Below, one piece after another: positions 38,366 through 50,640 of a stretch of 64,000 nt of DNA. This DNA comes from Squalus acanthias. Lineage: Eukaryota. The notes beneath the pieces are model-generated. The model was not told the origin of the DNA. It did no database searches and was given only the letters and a program-made list of their open reading frames with translations. Location of the stretch: contig CM059432.1 in the NCBI GenBank assembly GCA_030390025.1, forward strand, positions 130,760,001-130,824,000, in the 5' to 3' direction. Position 1 is the stretch's first letter. Each line of letters begins with the position of its first letter. The position numbers were made by a program, and so were the translations under genes.

Positions 38366-38660
38366 TGATGCGGAGATGCCGGTGTTGGACTGGGGTGGGC
38401 AAATGTGAGAAGTCGCACAACACCAGGTTATAGTCCAACAGCTTTATTTGAAATCACAAGCTTTCGGAGCGCTGCTCCTTCGTCAGGTGAAGTGAAGAGA
38501 TGCATATAGGCACAGCATATATAGTCAGAGAACACTGCCAGATGATTACAGTTAATCTTTCTAACTGCCCTTTATCACACCTCGGCAGAGAGCTCCGAAA
38601 GCTTGTGATTTCAAATAAAGCTGTTGGACCATAACCTGGTGTTGTGCGACTTCTCACATT
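38366..38660. mobile_element. Penelope-like insertion with inverted pLTR ends (family B)
   Basis: about 69-bp inverted repeat, 38402-38470 vs 38592-38660; duplicated target cattagtaagagtga at 38351-38365 and about 38657-38671. Confidence 0.8.
38455..38489 (-). ncRNA. minimal type I hammerhead ribozyme (PLE family B)
   Basis: - strand CAC-CUGACGA-A-GGAGC(AGC)GCUCC-GAAAGCU-U-GUG. Confidence 0.8.
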
Positions 38661-39531
38661 AGTAAGAGTGACCGTGAAGCTGTCGGATTGTTGTAAAAAC
38701 CCAACTGATTCACCAGTGTCCTTTAGGGAATGAAACTTGCCATCCTTATCCGGTCTGGCCTGTCCTTGACTGCAATCCCACACCGATCTGGTTGACTCTT
38801 AACTGCCCTATGACGTGGCCTAGCAAGACCTTTAGGTGTATCAAATCACTACACACTGCGGTCCACAAAAGGAGGCCCGCCAGCAGCTTCTCAAAGTAAT
38901 AAGGGATGGACAAATAATGTCCGCCTTGCCTACGATGCCCACATTCCGAGAATTAATTTTTAAAAATTATATACTTGGGCAACTGAAGGTGTTCTTGGAG
39001 AGAGAGACGAGATTCAGGGATATGGTGAGAAGGCAAATAAGTGGGTTTGAGATCAGTGAAAAAGAGATAGGCTTTGTTGGACCTATTGGCCTTAGAATAT
39101 AAGAACTGTTCTGAATATAAAACATAGTCCCAACCCAGGTCGTAGTGAGCACAGGTCCACAGCACAATATTGTCACAATGTGGTACTAAATTGGCAATCT
39201 TACTGAGAAGCTAAAAGGACAGCTGGTGTGGAAAATGAAAAAAAATCGTATCAGTTCAGTTGGAGATGTTCTTATGAGGTTGGGCACAATGTACATTGTT
39301 GGGGCAGAGCAGAGAGAAGGTACATCTGACAGTGCTATACTTGAACCAGCAGTAATCCATGCTGATGCTGGAGTTATTTTCCCAACACTGAGAATAAGAT
39401 TTTTTTCCCTAGAATCTGCTGTAGAAAATTCAATGGATAAGAAAATCGGGCAGGGTGTAAAACAGGCAACCGATTCGCCATCGATTGTTTTGCATTACTG
39501 CTAAAGTAAAGTAAAGAAATTCACCCCCTTT

Positions 39532-42232
39532 GGCCGCGATTTCCCCTACCTCGACGGGTCCGGTGCGGCCGGGGTTGGTGGCGGGTCCCAACCTCGCTGC
39601 TGGCTCCAGACCGCACTGCAGAATGATTTTCCCCTGATTGGGCTTGTTAAGCCCGCCCAGCGCGTTTGCTGGCCAATTTAAGGAAATAGATCTGATGATG
39701 TAATTTGATGATGCGTCATCAGCCAGTTTCCTTAAAGGGACCATGCGCAAATTGATTTTGACATTTGTGCTGTCAGTGTTTTACAGCATTGAGGTGCTGC
39801 AAATACTGACAAGTGCTGCACAAAGGTGCAGGGCTGCATCCAGGCTCTCCCATGACTCCCTCCATATGCTTATAGAGGGAGTCACAGCACGCCGGGAGGT
39901 CCTCTTCCCTTCCCATGGGTAGAAGAGACCTCCCCAGGAGATCAACGCAGCCTGATTGCACAGGAGGACACAAGCAGAGATGTCATCAGGAGGACCAGGC
40001 TGCAGTGGTGCAAACCTTTCAATGATCTCAGTAGATCACGAAACGTTACTGCAAAGCCACACTCAGCCTCATCCTGCTGTGCCCCTCATCACATCCCCAT
40101 CACTCTGCCTTCCCTACCCTACTCCTGCACATCCTTACTCACACCAACTTACCTTGCACCTCCACCCATCCCTCTCTATCTACATTATCACTTCCCCATC
40201 TCACGAGCCACCCCTCACACTCACCCTCATCCTAGTGCAATCATACCAACTAACAACACACAAGGGTAGGCACTTGTGTGTTTTATTCAATGTTCATGTG
40301 AAGTTTCTGTTGATGTGGTGTCAAACATTGAAACCTTTATTTTCAACACTTTTGCGTTCTTGGACAGATTTGTGTGCACCTTTGGAAGTGGCTTAGTGAG
40401 TTGCAGTGAATAGTGAGACATAACAGTACCCCCACAATGGTGATGAGTGTGAAAGGAATGGCTTGGGCATCGTAGGGATGCTTTATGGTGTTGGTGTGGG
40501 GTGGTGCCAACCTGGCACATCATGTGGCAGCTGGGATGTACAGCGTCAAATGAAGTAAATGGCTATGGTGAGGCCATCCCTGGCCCCCCCGGGCAGCAAT
40601 GTGGTCGGGTGTTGATGCCCTGTGTCAGGTGTTGATGCAGCATCAGTTGATTGCGGAGAAGGTTGCTGCTGTTGTTGATGCTGCTGGTGTTGGGACTGAT
40701 CGTGGTGGGATTCTGAGGACCAAGGTGAGATAGTTTCAAGGGCACCGATGCTGATGTAATACATGGCAGGTAAACTTGAGATGACAGAAGCGATCTGTCA
40801 ATGGTGAGAGAGTTTGTTCCAATGAGGTAGCACTTGCAACCTGCATAAAGCTCAATCTGCCTTCCAAATGCAGTTAGCAACAGCTTCTGAGCTTGGAAAG
40901 TGAACAGCTGTGAGATGGGAGCTTTTATATCACATTTGCAGCTGTCCAGTAAAGAGATGATTTCATAGTAACATAACTCCCGACCTGCTTACCTGACGTG
41001 ATCCCCGAGCAGCGTAGACCCCGTGGGTGACCACGTAAAATTTAAAGGTGAGCTCAAAATACTTGTTAAGTGGCTCTTAACAAGGTCATAATGACTTAAA
41101 TTGCCTCCCTCGCCGCTGCGTGTCAGGTCAGTTTTTTTTGTATTCGTATATGGGATGTGGGCGTCGCTGGCAAGGCCAGCATTTATTGCCCATCCCTAAT
41201 TGCCCTTGAGAAGGTGGTGGTGAGCTGCCTTCTTGAACCGCTGCAGTCCGTGTGGTGAAATTACTCCCACAGTGCTGTTAGGGAGGGAGTTCCAGGATTT
41301 TGACCCAGCGACGATGAAGGATCGGTGATATACTTCCAAGTTAGGGTGGTGTGTGACTTGGAGGGGAACTTGGAGGTGGTGGTGTTCCCATGCACCTGCT
41401 GCCCTTGTCCTTCTAGGTGGCAGAGGTCAAGGGTTTGGGAGGTGCTGCCGAAGAGGCCTTGGTGAGTTGCTGCAGTGCATCTTGTAGATGGTACCCACTG
41501 CAGCCATGGTACGCCGGTGGTGGAGGGAGGGAATGTTTAAGGTGGTGGATGGGGTGCCACTCAAGCGGGCTGCTTTGTCCTGGATGGAGTCAAACTTCTT
41601 GAGTGTCGTTGGAACTGCACTCATCCAGGCAAGTGGAGAGTATTCCATCACACTCTGACTTGTGCCTTGTAGATGGTGGAAAGGTTTTGGGGAGTCAGGA
41701 GGTGAGTCACTCGCCGCAGAATACCTAGCCTCTGATCTGCTCTTGTTGCCACAGTATTTATGTGGCTGGTCCAGTTAAGTTTCTGGTCAATGGTGACCCC
41801 CAGGATGTTGATGGTGGGGGATTCGGCGATGGTAATACCGTTGAATGTCATGGGAGGTGGTTAGACTCTCGCTTGTTGGAGATAGTCATTGCCTGGCACT
41901 TCTGTGGCGCGAATGTTACCTGCCACTTATCAGCCCAAGCCTGAACGTCGTCCAGGTCTTGTTGCATGCGGGCATGGACTGCTTCATTATCTGAGGAGTT
42001 GTGAATGGCGCTGAACACTGTGCAGTCATCAGCGAACATACCCACTTCTGACCTTATGTTGGAGGGAAGGTCATTGATGAAGCAGCTGAAGATGGATGGG
42101 CCCGACATCTGGGAAAGTCCCTTGACAGCGGGTTCCCGACCCACTGTCAAAAAAAATTCTTTCCCACCCAACCCGCCACCAAACGTGCCTGCTGACCCCC
42201 CGCCCCCCCCGGCCCCCCGGATAATTCCCCCC
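39532..42232 (+). mobile_element. second, inverted copy of the 6420-8174 Harbinger derivative, interrupted by a LINE
   Basis: 39532-41130 is colinear with the reverse complement of 8174-6560; resumes at about 42100 and ends in ggataattcccccc. Confidence 0.8.
41131..42100 (-). mobile_element. CR1-group LINE 3' fragment (RT); partner of the SINE family
   Basis: GP.IFSCFINDLPS...MFADDCT and NILGVTIDQKLNW motifs; A-rich tail; another fragment at about 48860-49100. Confidence 0.85.
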
Positions 42233-42602
42233 TATATGTTTAGCAAGGTGAGGGATGTTGGTGCTACAGAATGAAATGCTTTCTATGTCAGTCACCCAGT
42301 CACAGTATTGAGCACTCGTTTGTTACTCCATAATTAGATGCAGAGTAAAGCTCCCTCTATCTGCCCCAACAATGTTCTTCAGTCTCAACCTTAGGAGAGC
42401 GCCATTTCCATTTCCTAAACTACTTAGCCAGCCTCTGGTCTCTGAGAGAGGTATTTAAGATGAAAGGCCTAATCCATTGCATAATCCAATTTCCCCAGTA
42501 TTTTTTCAAAAAAACTGATCTGGAAGTAAGTACTCACCATTCTCAATACTTAGAATGTCCTTTCATTTTAATCTACTAACTCTGAAATATATCCCTGTTC
42601 AG

Positions 42603-42742
42603 GAAGATTTAGATAATCTCACAAATATGATGCAAATGGAAGAATGGGAGAAACCTGATTGTGAACAGAGTCCTGTACTCAAACGCTCCAGAAAGATTTT
42701 GGGCAACAGCCGTAGCCAAAGTGAAGATCGATGTTCGGAACA
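42603..42742 (+). CDS. TRP-like channel, exon N (C-terminal tail)
   Basis: ctgttcag acceptor; EDLDNLTNMMQMEEWEKPDCEQSPVLKRSRKILGNSRSQSEDRCSE; CA|gtaagt donor; phase 0 to 2. Confidence 0.75.
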
Positions 42743-42926
42743 GTAAGTAGCTGTTCCTAAATGTTTAATCAATCTTTTGATGCACACGTTACTGCACAGT
42801 CGTATTGAGTTCATATTTGCTCATTTAGAATTTAACAACCCCCTTCTGGCCAACACCTCCTGGAGCAGGACCTCCAGAGCAGCATATTGAAATAATATTC
42901 TACAGTTTTGCCTTGCTGCAGCCATA

Positions 42927-43400
42927 TAAGAACATAAGAATTGGGAGCAGGAGTAGGCCATTTGGCCCCTCGAGCCTGCTCCGCCATTCAATAAGATCAT
43001 GGCTGATCTTGTACCTCATCTCCACTTTCCTGCACTATCCCCATGTCCCTTGATTCCCTTAATATTCAAAAATCTATCGATCTCTGTCTTGAATATACTC
43101 AACGACTGAGCCTCCACAGCCCTCTGGGGTAGAGAATTCCAAACATTCACCACCCTCTGAGTGAAGAAATTTCTCCTCATCTCAGTCCTAAATGGCCGAT
43201 CCCTTATTCTGAGACTGTGACCCCTGGTTCTTGACTCCCCAGCCAGGGGAAACATCCTCCCTGCATCTACCCTGTCAAGCCCTGTAAGAATTTTGTATGT
43301 TTCAATGAGATCACCTCTCATTCTTTTAAACTCTGGAGAATATAGGCCTAGTCTACTCAATCTCTCCTCATAGGACAATCCCCCATCCCAGGAACCATAT
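42927..43400 (-). mobile_element. CR1 3' fragment
   Basis: LSYEERLSRLGLYS...RGDLIETYKIL...FFTQRVVNVWNSLP; tail ttcttatgttctta. Confidence 0.88.
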
Positions 43401-44638
43401 CTCCCCTTTATGAGCAGTACAGTTTTAAGATGACTCAAGGCCCTTTAAGAGTTGCTGGCATCAGATAAACTGCCCTCGAACCCACCCACCCCTCCCCACT
43501 ATCCCGTGCACACTCCTTGTGCTTTATGCACTACATGCTGGGATGTTGTGATAACTTGTAAATGAAATGACCATACGTTCTAACGTGAGCTCAGACCTCG
43601 CACTCCATACAGTACCAGAAGACCAGTGATCTCACTGCTGCTGTGCCAGGACTGCACGATTGGCCCATGAAGACATAAGGGTACAGTTTCCGCTTTGGGC
43701 GCAATCAGCAATCCGGGCGCAAATTGCGCGTGAAATTGCGCTACTTTTCTGAAATGAAGTTATGGTTCAAGTTTCCGCTCAAACTCATTTGCAAAATCAC
43801 AAACGTAAAATCGGGTAGTGTCTTAGAACGTAATTTTTTTTTTCCCCTTGCATTAAAAGATATTCCTTGATATATTTAAGAGTGGTGACCTGGTGCAGTT
43901 GTATTAATACAGCTGAAAATGGGTTTATCATAAAAAATAAACATTTTTATCAGAGTGTCTAGTCCACCATCTGTGAGGAACCTGATTTTAAAGAACTGAA
44001 AATGACTTTCAAAAAACTATACAAAAACATTTACTAGTTTCATTGGTGTACAGTAGTTTCTGAGTAACTTAAATATTTTTTAATATTTAAAAGGTGCCTA
44101 TTGGTGCCCTTGCACCTAAAATTTTAAGGGATAAAAATTCAGTTGGTTGCGCCTCCCGTTAGCGCCTTAAGAGGGCGCTAATGGGGCGCAAAGCCGCTAA
44201 TGCCCGGGCGCAGCGATGTTTGCGCCGCTCGGGAACTTAACTAGAGATTGTGCGGCGGCGCTAAAACTTACCGCTGCGACCACCTGCGCGCGCAGATTGT
44301 GACGTCATTCCATGGTGCAACGCCCTTGTGGCGCCCCGGAGCGGAAATTGAGTGGCGCCCCCTGCCTTACCGCCTGGCGCATCCAACGACCGGAAGACTG
44401 GAACGCTATCAATCGCTGTGGGGCTGGGGGGGGCGCTATTTAAAGGGGGCCTCTTCCTGTCTTTTTCTGTGGTCGACATTTTTGCACCACTTGTTCTGAG
44501 AGAGAGAGAGAGATTCGGAGAGAGAGAAAGAGAGACTTCTACATTGACTCAACGCTTTGTGAGGTAGTTTTGCCTATTGATCCTAACTTCGCTGGTACTT
44601 TAGTTGCTGTCCTTCATTACTTTGCTTGCAAAGAGAAT

Positions 44639-45788
44639 ATGGGGGCTGCACTGATTGGGGGCGTCGTCCTGCTCCAGCTAAATCGGAGGATACAGAGACG
44701 CAGAGAGAGAGTGGCAATGATGGCCAGACGGAGGAGGGCCAACAGGCGTATGTACAGGAGAGCTTACCCTCCCAGGGTATATCGTGAACAGCTCTCCTAC
44801 ATCCATATGTCTGAGGAGCTGTGTTTGCGAAGGCTGCGATTCAGCAAGGAGGTGGTCACTGAGCTCTGCCACCTGCTGCAGCCAGATCTGCAGCCTCAAC
44901 TGAGGTCCAGGACGTCTCTGTCGGTGGCAGTGAAGGTCACAGTGGCTCTCAACTTTTACGCTACTGGCTCATTTCAAGCTGCTGCTGGGGACCTCGCCAA
45001 TATCTCCCAGTTCGCGGTGCATTGCTGCATCCGGCAGGTCACAAATGCCCTCTTTAAAAGGAGACGAGAGTTCATCTCTTTCCCCATGACCCCAGACAAG
45101 CAGCGTGACCGCGCTCTGGGCTTTGCGAGGGTAGCGGGCTTCCCCATGGTGCAGGGCGCCATTGACTGCACGCATGTGGCTTTGCGTGCTCCGCATGAGA
45201 ATGCCGAGGAATTCCGGAACAGAAAGGGGTTCCATTCCTTGAATGTTCAGTTGGTCTGTGACCACAGACAGCTGTTACTCGCTGTCAATGCCCACTATCC
45301 TGGCAGCTGCCACGATGCTTTTATCCTGCGCCAGACTACTGTGGCAGAACTTTTCGAGGCACCGCATCAGCCAGTTGGTTGGCTTCTCGGGGACAAGGGG
45401 TATGCATTGAGCACCTGGCTGATGACACCGCTCCGTACGCCCAACACCCCTGCTGAGCTGCGGTACAATGAGAGCCATCAAGCTACCAGGAACATAATTG
45501 AGCGTGCTGAAGCAACGGTTCCGCTGTCTCGACCATTCTGGAGGAGCCCTGCAGTACTCGCCTGAGCGAGTATCGAACTTCGTAGTCGTGTGCTGCATGT
45601 TGCATAACATGGCAATCCTCAGGACCCAGCCAATGCCACCAGGCCTTGGAGCACCACCAGAGGAGGAGGAGGAAGAGGAGGAAGAGGACGAGGAGGATGA
45701 TCATCAGCAGCACCAAGGCGGGAGGGCGGCCCACAATGGTCAAACTGCAAGGGCCGTCCGTCAACGGCTAATAGCAAGCCGCTTCTAG
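44639..45788 (+). pseudogene. Harbinger (HARBI1-like) DDE transposase with one frameshift
   Basis: GAIDCTH, NRKGFHSLNVQ, YPGSCHD, LGDKGY and RNIIE motifs; frame switch near 45502 into VLKQRFRCLD...CCMLHN; TATTTAAA at about 44437. Confidence 0.9.
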
Positions 45789-46082
45789 GGCCCCTGCCAT
45801 TGCTAACAACATTAATGAACCCAGCACGCAACCCCTAAGCCGGCCAAGGCACCAATAATTCCAACCACCAACCATGTATATTTTGAATACAGAAACTTAT
45901 TTATTTTACAAACTCTGTGTGTGTCAATTCCTCATGACAAACTCATAGAAATAAACACAAAAAAACAGTCAATAACATAACTGGTTCTCACAACCTGGAG
46001 ATAATGTCCAAAACACTAAACAAAAGTTGGACCATGAACCTCGACCTTTAATAAAAAAATGACCAGCATTTTGTCACACCTC

Positions 46083-47851
46083 CTACTTTTTGCCCTTCGA
46101 GGGTGATCTTCCCTTGCGCACTTCCCCCCTTCTAACCCTACTGCTCCTCCGTAATGGGACCTCAGTGGCTGCAGCAAGGCTGGTGGAAGGCTGCTGCTCG
46201 TCAGACCCTGACACTGCAGATGCCCCTGAAGGACGGCCTCGACCAGTTCTGGGCCTGGAGGGCCCGGCTGCAGACTGCACCAACTCTGCATGGGCGGCAG
46301 CAGTCTGTCCTACAGGCGGTGGCAAGTGCAGTGGAGAAGTGACAGTGTTGGCAGCAGGAATGCTGTCATCGTGAGAGAGGACAGCAACTCCCTGCTCGCC
46401 CGACACACTGGCACTCCCACGGGGCAGCACTTCAGCATCCGGAGCAATCTGCTGGAGAACAGATTGCTGGCCTGCTGCGGCGCGGTGACAGCCCCGGGGA
46501 CATGTGCATGAACCATCGAGGTTGGCAGCAGTCTGTGCTCGCGTGGCCTCAATCTGAGTCTGCATGAGAGCAGTCAGAGATGGGATCACGGCAGCCAGTG
46601 ACTGAATTGCAGCACTAAGCGTTAGTGTGGCATCCACCTGTGCTACAGCGAAGTGCTCCACACTCCTTGCCAGTGACTCAATGCATTCGGGCACCCTTCC
46701 CACTGCACCCATGAGCTCAGTGTGCATGCCCACCGCCTGGGTGTTCATTTCTGCGATCAGCCGCCCCTCCTCTGCGTCCATTGCAGTAGGAGTGTCTGGC
46801 ATACTCTCCCTCTGGGGAGAAGGCCCCCGTTCTTCCCTACCCCCCCCGCCATGGCGTTGCTGCAGCCCGCTGGGTCCTGGAGCTTCACCCTCATCAGACC
46901 CTTCCCCCCTGCTCCCCTCCAGGGAAGGCGTGTTCCCAGTGTGGGCATGGGCTTCCTCGGGAGAGGGTGGCACTGATGCTCCGGCTTCCTCTTCCTCCTC
47001 AGCTGCAGCATCACTCCCAGTGGCAGCTTCAGGGCCCGTCTCCTCAGCTGGTGAATCACCATCTGAAAGCAGGGAGGTACAAGAGTGGCTTTAGCGTGAG
47101 GACAGGGTGGCAGTAAGGGAGGAATAAGTGCAGCGAGTTAGCAAGTTGGATTGAAAGTGTCAAAGGCTGGTGTTGTGAGGGACAAGTGGAAGGACAGAGG
47201 ACAAAAAGGTGATGACCTTACCATTGCTGTCCAGAACGGGGTCGGCGTCTCCAGTGGCGACGGGACCGATCACCCGGCTTGCCACAATCCTGTGGACGCG
47301 CTCCTCCAGATCGCTGAGGGGTTGCAGCTGAGGCCGCCCTCCACCTGTCCGTTGCTGCTGTCTCCGATTATGCGCCAGCTTGGCCTGTAAGAAAAAGGAC
47401 AGCATCTGAGTAAATATACAGCCATGGTCTTGCCTGATGTGCCTCCCATAGGTGAATAGCCCTTACTGTATGCAAAGTGTGGAATGTGTGTGTGTGTTTC
47501 ATGAAAGGGCCATAGGTGTTGGATGAGTGTTGTGCATTGGGGTTTTAAGACCCTCTGGCCATAGAGTGAGGTTGAGATGGAGGGATGGAGAGGTATTGAG
47601 AAAAAGCCACTCACCCTGACGACCCAAGTGAGGTCGTTGAACTTTTTGCGGCATTGAGTATGGGTCCTGGGCACCATGCTCCTGGAGGAGACGCTCTGAG
47701 CCACCTCCCTCCACACTCTTCTGAACTCGCGTGGGAAAGGCCTCCTGCCACTCTCAGGGAAGAGCATACATCTTCTGCGCTCCACCGCGCCAACCAGAGC
47801 ATCCAAGGCCCGCTCGGTGAAGCAATGAGCTCGTTCTCTCACCCTCTCCAT
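46083..47851 (-). CDS. Harbinger Myb/SANT-like DNA-binding accessory protein, 3 exons, 459 aa
   Basis: exons 47851-47615 (|gtgagt), 47384-47222 (cag|...|gtaagg) and 47062-46083 (tttcag|...TAG) total 1380 nt in one frame; FTERALDALVGAV...WREVA...RTHTQCRKKFNDL...RTGGG motifs. Confidence 0.85.
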
Positions 47852-48928
47852 CCTTGGCAGCAAAATGGATTCACAGGTCTCTCCAGGCCGAGATTCAAGG
47901 CTGCAATGAGCAGGGTGTGGCTGGGGAGCAAGTTGGCCCCCCCCGCTTTAAGAAGTGGCCGGCGCCAGTGTGTCTGTGTTCCCTCGCTAACTGGCAGCAG
48001 CTGCGCTGCGCTCGCGCGCTGAGTTAGCGCCTCACTGCTCGGCCTTTGCGCCTTAAGACAGGTGTGCAGCGCCTGATTTAGCGCTCCACTCACCTCCCGG
48101 GGCGGTAAAAGTGAAGTTTCCAGTCAGTGCCGATAATTAGCGGCAGGCGCTAATATTTGCGTCCAGACGATATTTGCGCCCCAAATGGGGCGCGACCTAA
48201 TTTTTCCCCCTAAGAGTCTCCTCTAAGGCCCGCAATGGCAGAAACTCACCACACTCATTAATTCGATCTGGGGTCGTGGGCGGGGCTGGCTTCCAGTGCG
48301 GCGTTTTTTTTTAAAACCAGCGCAAAAGGTCACGGGAACTCGATTGTCGCTGGGCGCAACTTGCGCTTGAAATTCCTCGATCTTCAGCGCTGGTTTGGCC
48401 GAGCTTGGGCGAATTGCGCTGGAAACACCAGCGCCACCTAGCGGAAACTCTACCGCATACAGCCTATCTAATCAGGTCACAATTTAATGGCTCGATTGAA
48501 GCAAATCAGTTTTCCTCTGCAATGAACCGCTTCCAGCCTCTGAGGTACATTTTTTGGCAAGTCATCGATAGGTTTCATCCCAGTTCTTTTTCTTCTTTTC
48601 CGAACTTCAAGCTAACATCTTGCATGTACTTTTTTTATTATATACTTCAACTAACTGACACAGCGGAGTTAACTGTTGGATTCCTGTCTGAATTAAATAC
48701 ACTCCATTTAAGTACCTTAATTTATAAGGATTAAATCATTACTTCATGCAGTCTGACTAATCTGTCATTCTTCATCAAGATTAGAATTCCAATTAAAACA
48801 GTACAAACACGTCAGTAAATTTTAATTGTCTGACTAACTTTATTTCTGTACATCCTTCACATGGGTATGACTATGTCCAACCAGAGAGAGCATAATCACC
48901 TTCCCTTGACGTTCAATGGCATTACCAT

Positions 48929-49067
48929 CAATGTTCCCTGTAAGCAGTGTGACGGCGCAGTGCTCCAGAGGTCCCGCACAGCCGGCTTTTCAATAGGAAA
49001 ACCGCGCATGCACGGTATTTTGAATGGGCCGTGTGGTCTGATTTAAAAAAAATTACAGAGAACTTTA
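48929..49067. mobile_element. hAT-type MITE inside a LINE fragment
   Basis: TIRs caatgttccctgtaa / taaagttctctgtaa; 8-bp TSD ATTACCAT at 48921-48928 and 49068-49075. Confidence 0.8.
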
Positions 49068-49967
49068 ATTACCATTGCTAAGTCCTCCGCCATCAATATC
49101 TCGGCGGGGCGGGGGGGGGGGGGGGAGGGTTCACAATTGACCAGAAACTCATTTTGCTACCCCTAACACAACCTCCCCCCGCCTCCACACCCCACCCCGT
49201 CCCCTCTGAAATGAAAAGAGAACTCTCTTTTGTTTGCTTTGTGCCCACTTCACTCATCACTATGCGCAGGGTTCAAGTTCAGTTCACGTTCCAACCTGCT
49301 TTATGTACAGAGGTTAACCCTATAGTACTGAATTTACTGTAACGTTTTCTACAAGGCACTGATTTTTTTCTGGGCTGGGAAGTGGGGAAGGTCACAATCA
49401 GCAGAGGGGAGAGAGAGAGAGGCCACGGTCGGCAGCGGGGGCGGGGTGGTGGGAGTCCGAAGGCTTCCTTGAGGGGACTGTGTGGAGCACTCCTGGTCGA
49501 CAGCTCCCGCCTCCCTTTCACTGCCGGGTTTCTGGGCCTCTGGGAAACCTATGCAGCAGCAGTGAATTATAAATCAGGCTCCAAGTGCCCTGCCACTCCA
49601 CGGCTGGACACTTGGGCGCCCCGATATCCGCCGGGTGCGTGCATAGCATGTTGGGGACGCGTTCCCCGTATATAAGCCTTTAACAACCATTCCCTCACCT
49701 CCCCCCCCACCTCCCCCGGCACTTTCCTGCCTGTCGTGGGGAGGGGGTTAATATCGAGGCCATTATTTCTGGCCACTGGACCTTCCCCAATGCTTGGGAA
49801 GACCTGTACACGTCAGTGATTGGAGAACAACATCGGTGGCCTTTACAGACAGCAAGTGTTCCAACAAGCCTGTGACCAGAAGCAACAGTCCAGCACACTG
49901 CAGGGGAACTAGTGAATACCATTCTTTACTTGCGCATCCAAAACAGCAGCACTGCCTCATTTACATT

Positions 49968-50640
49968 AATGAGAAGTCGCACAACACCAGGTTATAGTCC
50001 AACAGTTTTATTTGAAATTACGAGCTTTCGGAGCTCTGCTCCTTCGTCAGGTACAGTGAAGGAATACAAATCGGTTACAAAGTATATATGGACAGAGAAC
50101 AATGTGTCTGCAGAGATACAATCCGTCAGGGAGGCATTACATCAAAGACACAGCAGAGTACAGCTAAGACAATGAGGTGGGGCCACAGGGGGTCCACCGT
50201 GTCAAATGCTGCAGTCTGCAGTTAAGCTTTTTACTTTTTAAAAAAAACTGGAAATCACATCTGTGAACCAGACAATGATGTCGAGTCACGTCCTGTAGCG
50301 TGACAAGAAACCGAGATCCCGGTTGAGGCCGTCCTCATGGGTGCGGAACTTGGCTATCAGTTTCTGCTCTATGATTTTGCGTTGTCGTGTGTCTCGAAGG
50401 CCGCCTTGGAGAACGCTAACCCGCAGATCCAAGGCTGAATGTCCTTGACTGCTGAAGTGTTCCCTGACTGGGAGGTAACAATCCTGCCTGGCGATTGTTG
50501 CGCGGTGTCCGTTCATACATTGTCTCAGTGTCTGCATGGTCTCGCCGATGTACCATGCTGCGGGGCATTCTTTCCTGCAACGTATGAGGTAGACAACGTT
50601 GGCCGAGTCACATGAGTATGTACCATGTACCTGGTGGTCA
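49968..50640 (-). mobile_element. Penelope-like element 3' part (GIY-YIG and pLTR), family B
   Basis: SCDSANVVYLIRCRKECPAAWYIGETMQTLRQCMNGH...KFRTHEDGLNRD; pLTR matches 38403-38489. Confidence 0.88.
50019..50053 (-). ncRNA. minimal type I hammerhead ribozyme (PLE family B)
   Basis: - strand UAC-CUGACGA-A-GGAGC(AGA)GCUCC-GAAAGCU-C-GUA; stem I covaries with the 38455-38489 copy. Confidence 0.8.

Larger units (their letters stand above)
38290..38958 (+). mobile_element. SINE (same family as 2720-3945) hosting a Penelope insertion
   Basis: shares gattg.gtaaaaaccca.ctg.ttcac..tgtcctttag core and the 3' tail. Confidence 0.7.
44128..48210. mobile_element. near-autonomous PIF/Harbinger DNA transposon, 4083 bp
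   Basis: TIRs gggataaaaatt / gggggaaaaatt; TAA TSD at 44125-44127 and 48211-48213; convergent transposase and Myb/SANT genes. Confidence 0.92.
43678..48456. mobile_element. Harbinger MITE (about 0.7 kb) hosting the 44128-48210 element
   Basis: 17-bp TIRs agggtacagtttccgct / gcggtagagtttccgct; ATA flanks at 43675-43677 and 48457-48459. Confidence 0.75.

Noticed and set aside
42741..42746. CAG TAA as the channel's stop codon
   Set aside because: It overlaps a consensus gtaagt donor, and the phase-2 junction continues into an open coiled-coil exon at 51040.
44570..47863. Domesticated HARBI1 / NAIF1 / MSANTD host genes
   Set aside because: The region is bounded by TIRs and a TSD, the transposase is frameshifted, it lies inside an intron, and related fragments recur in the window, so it is a transposon copy.
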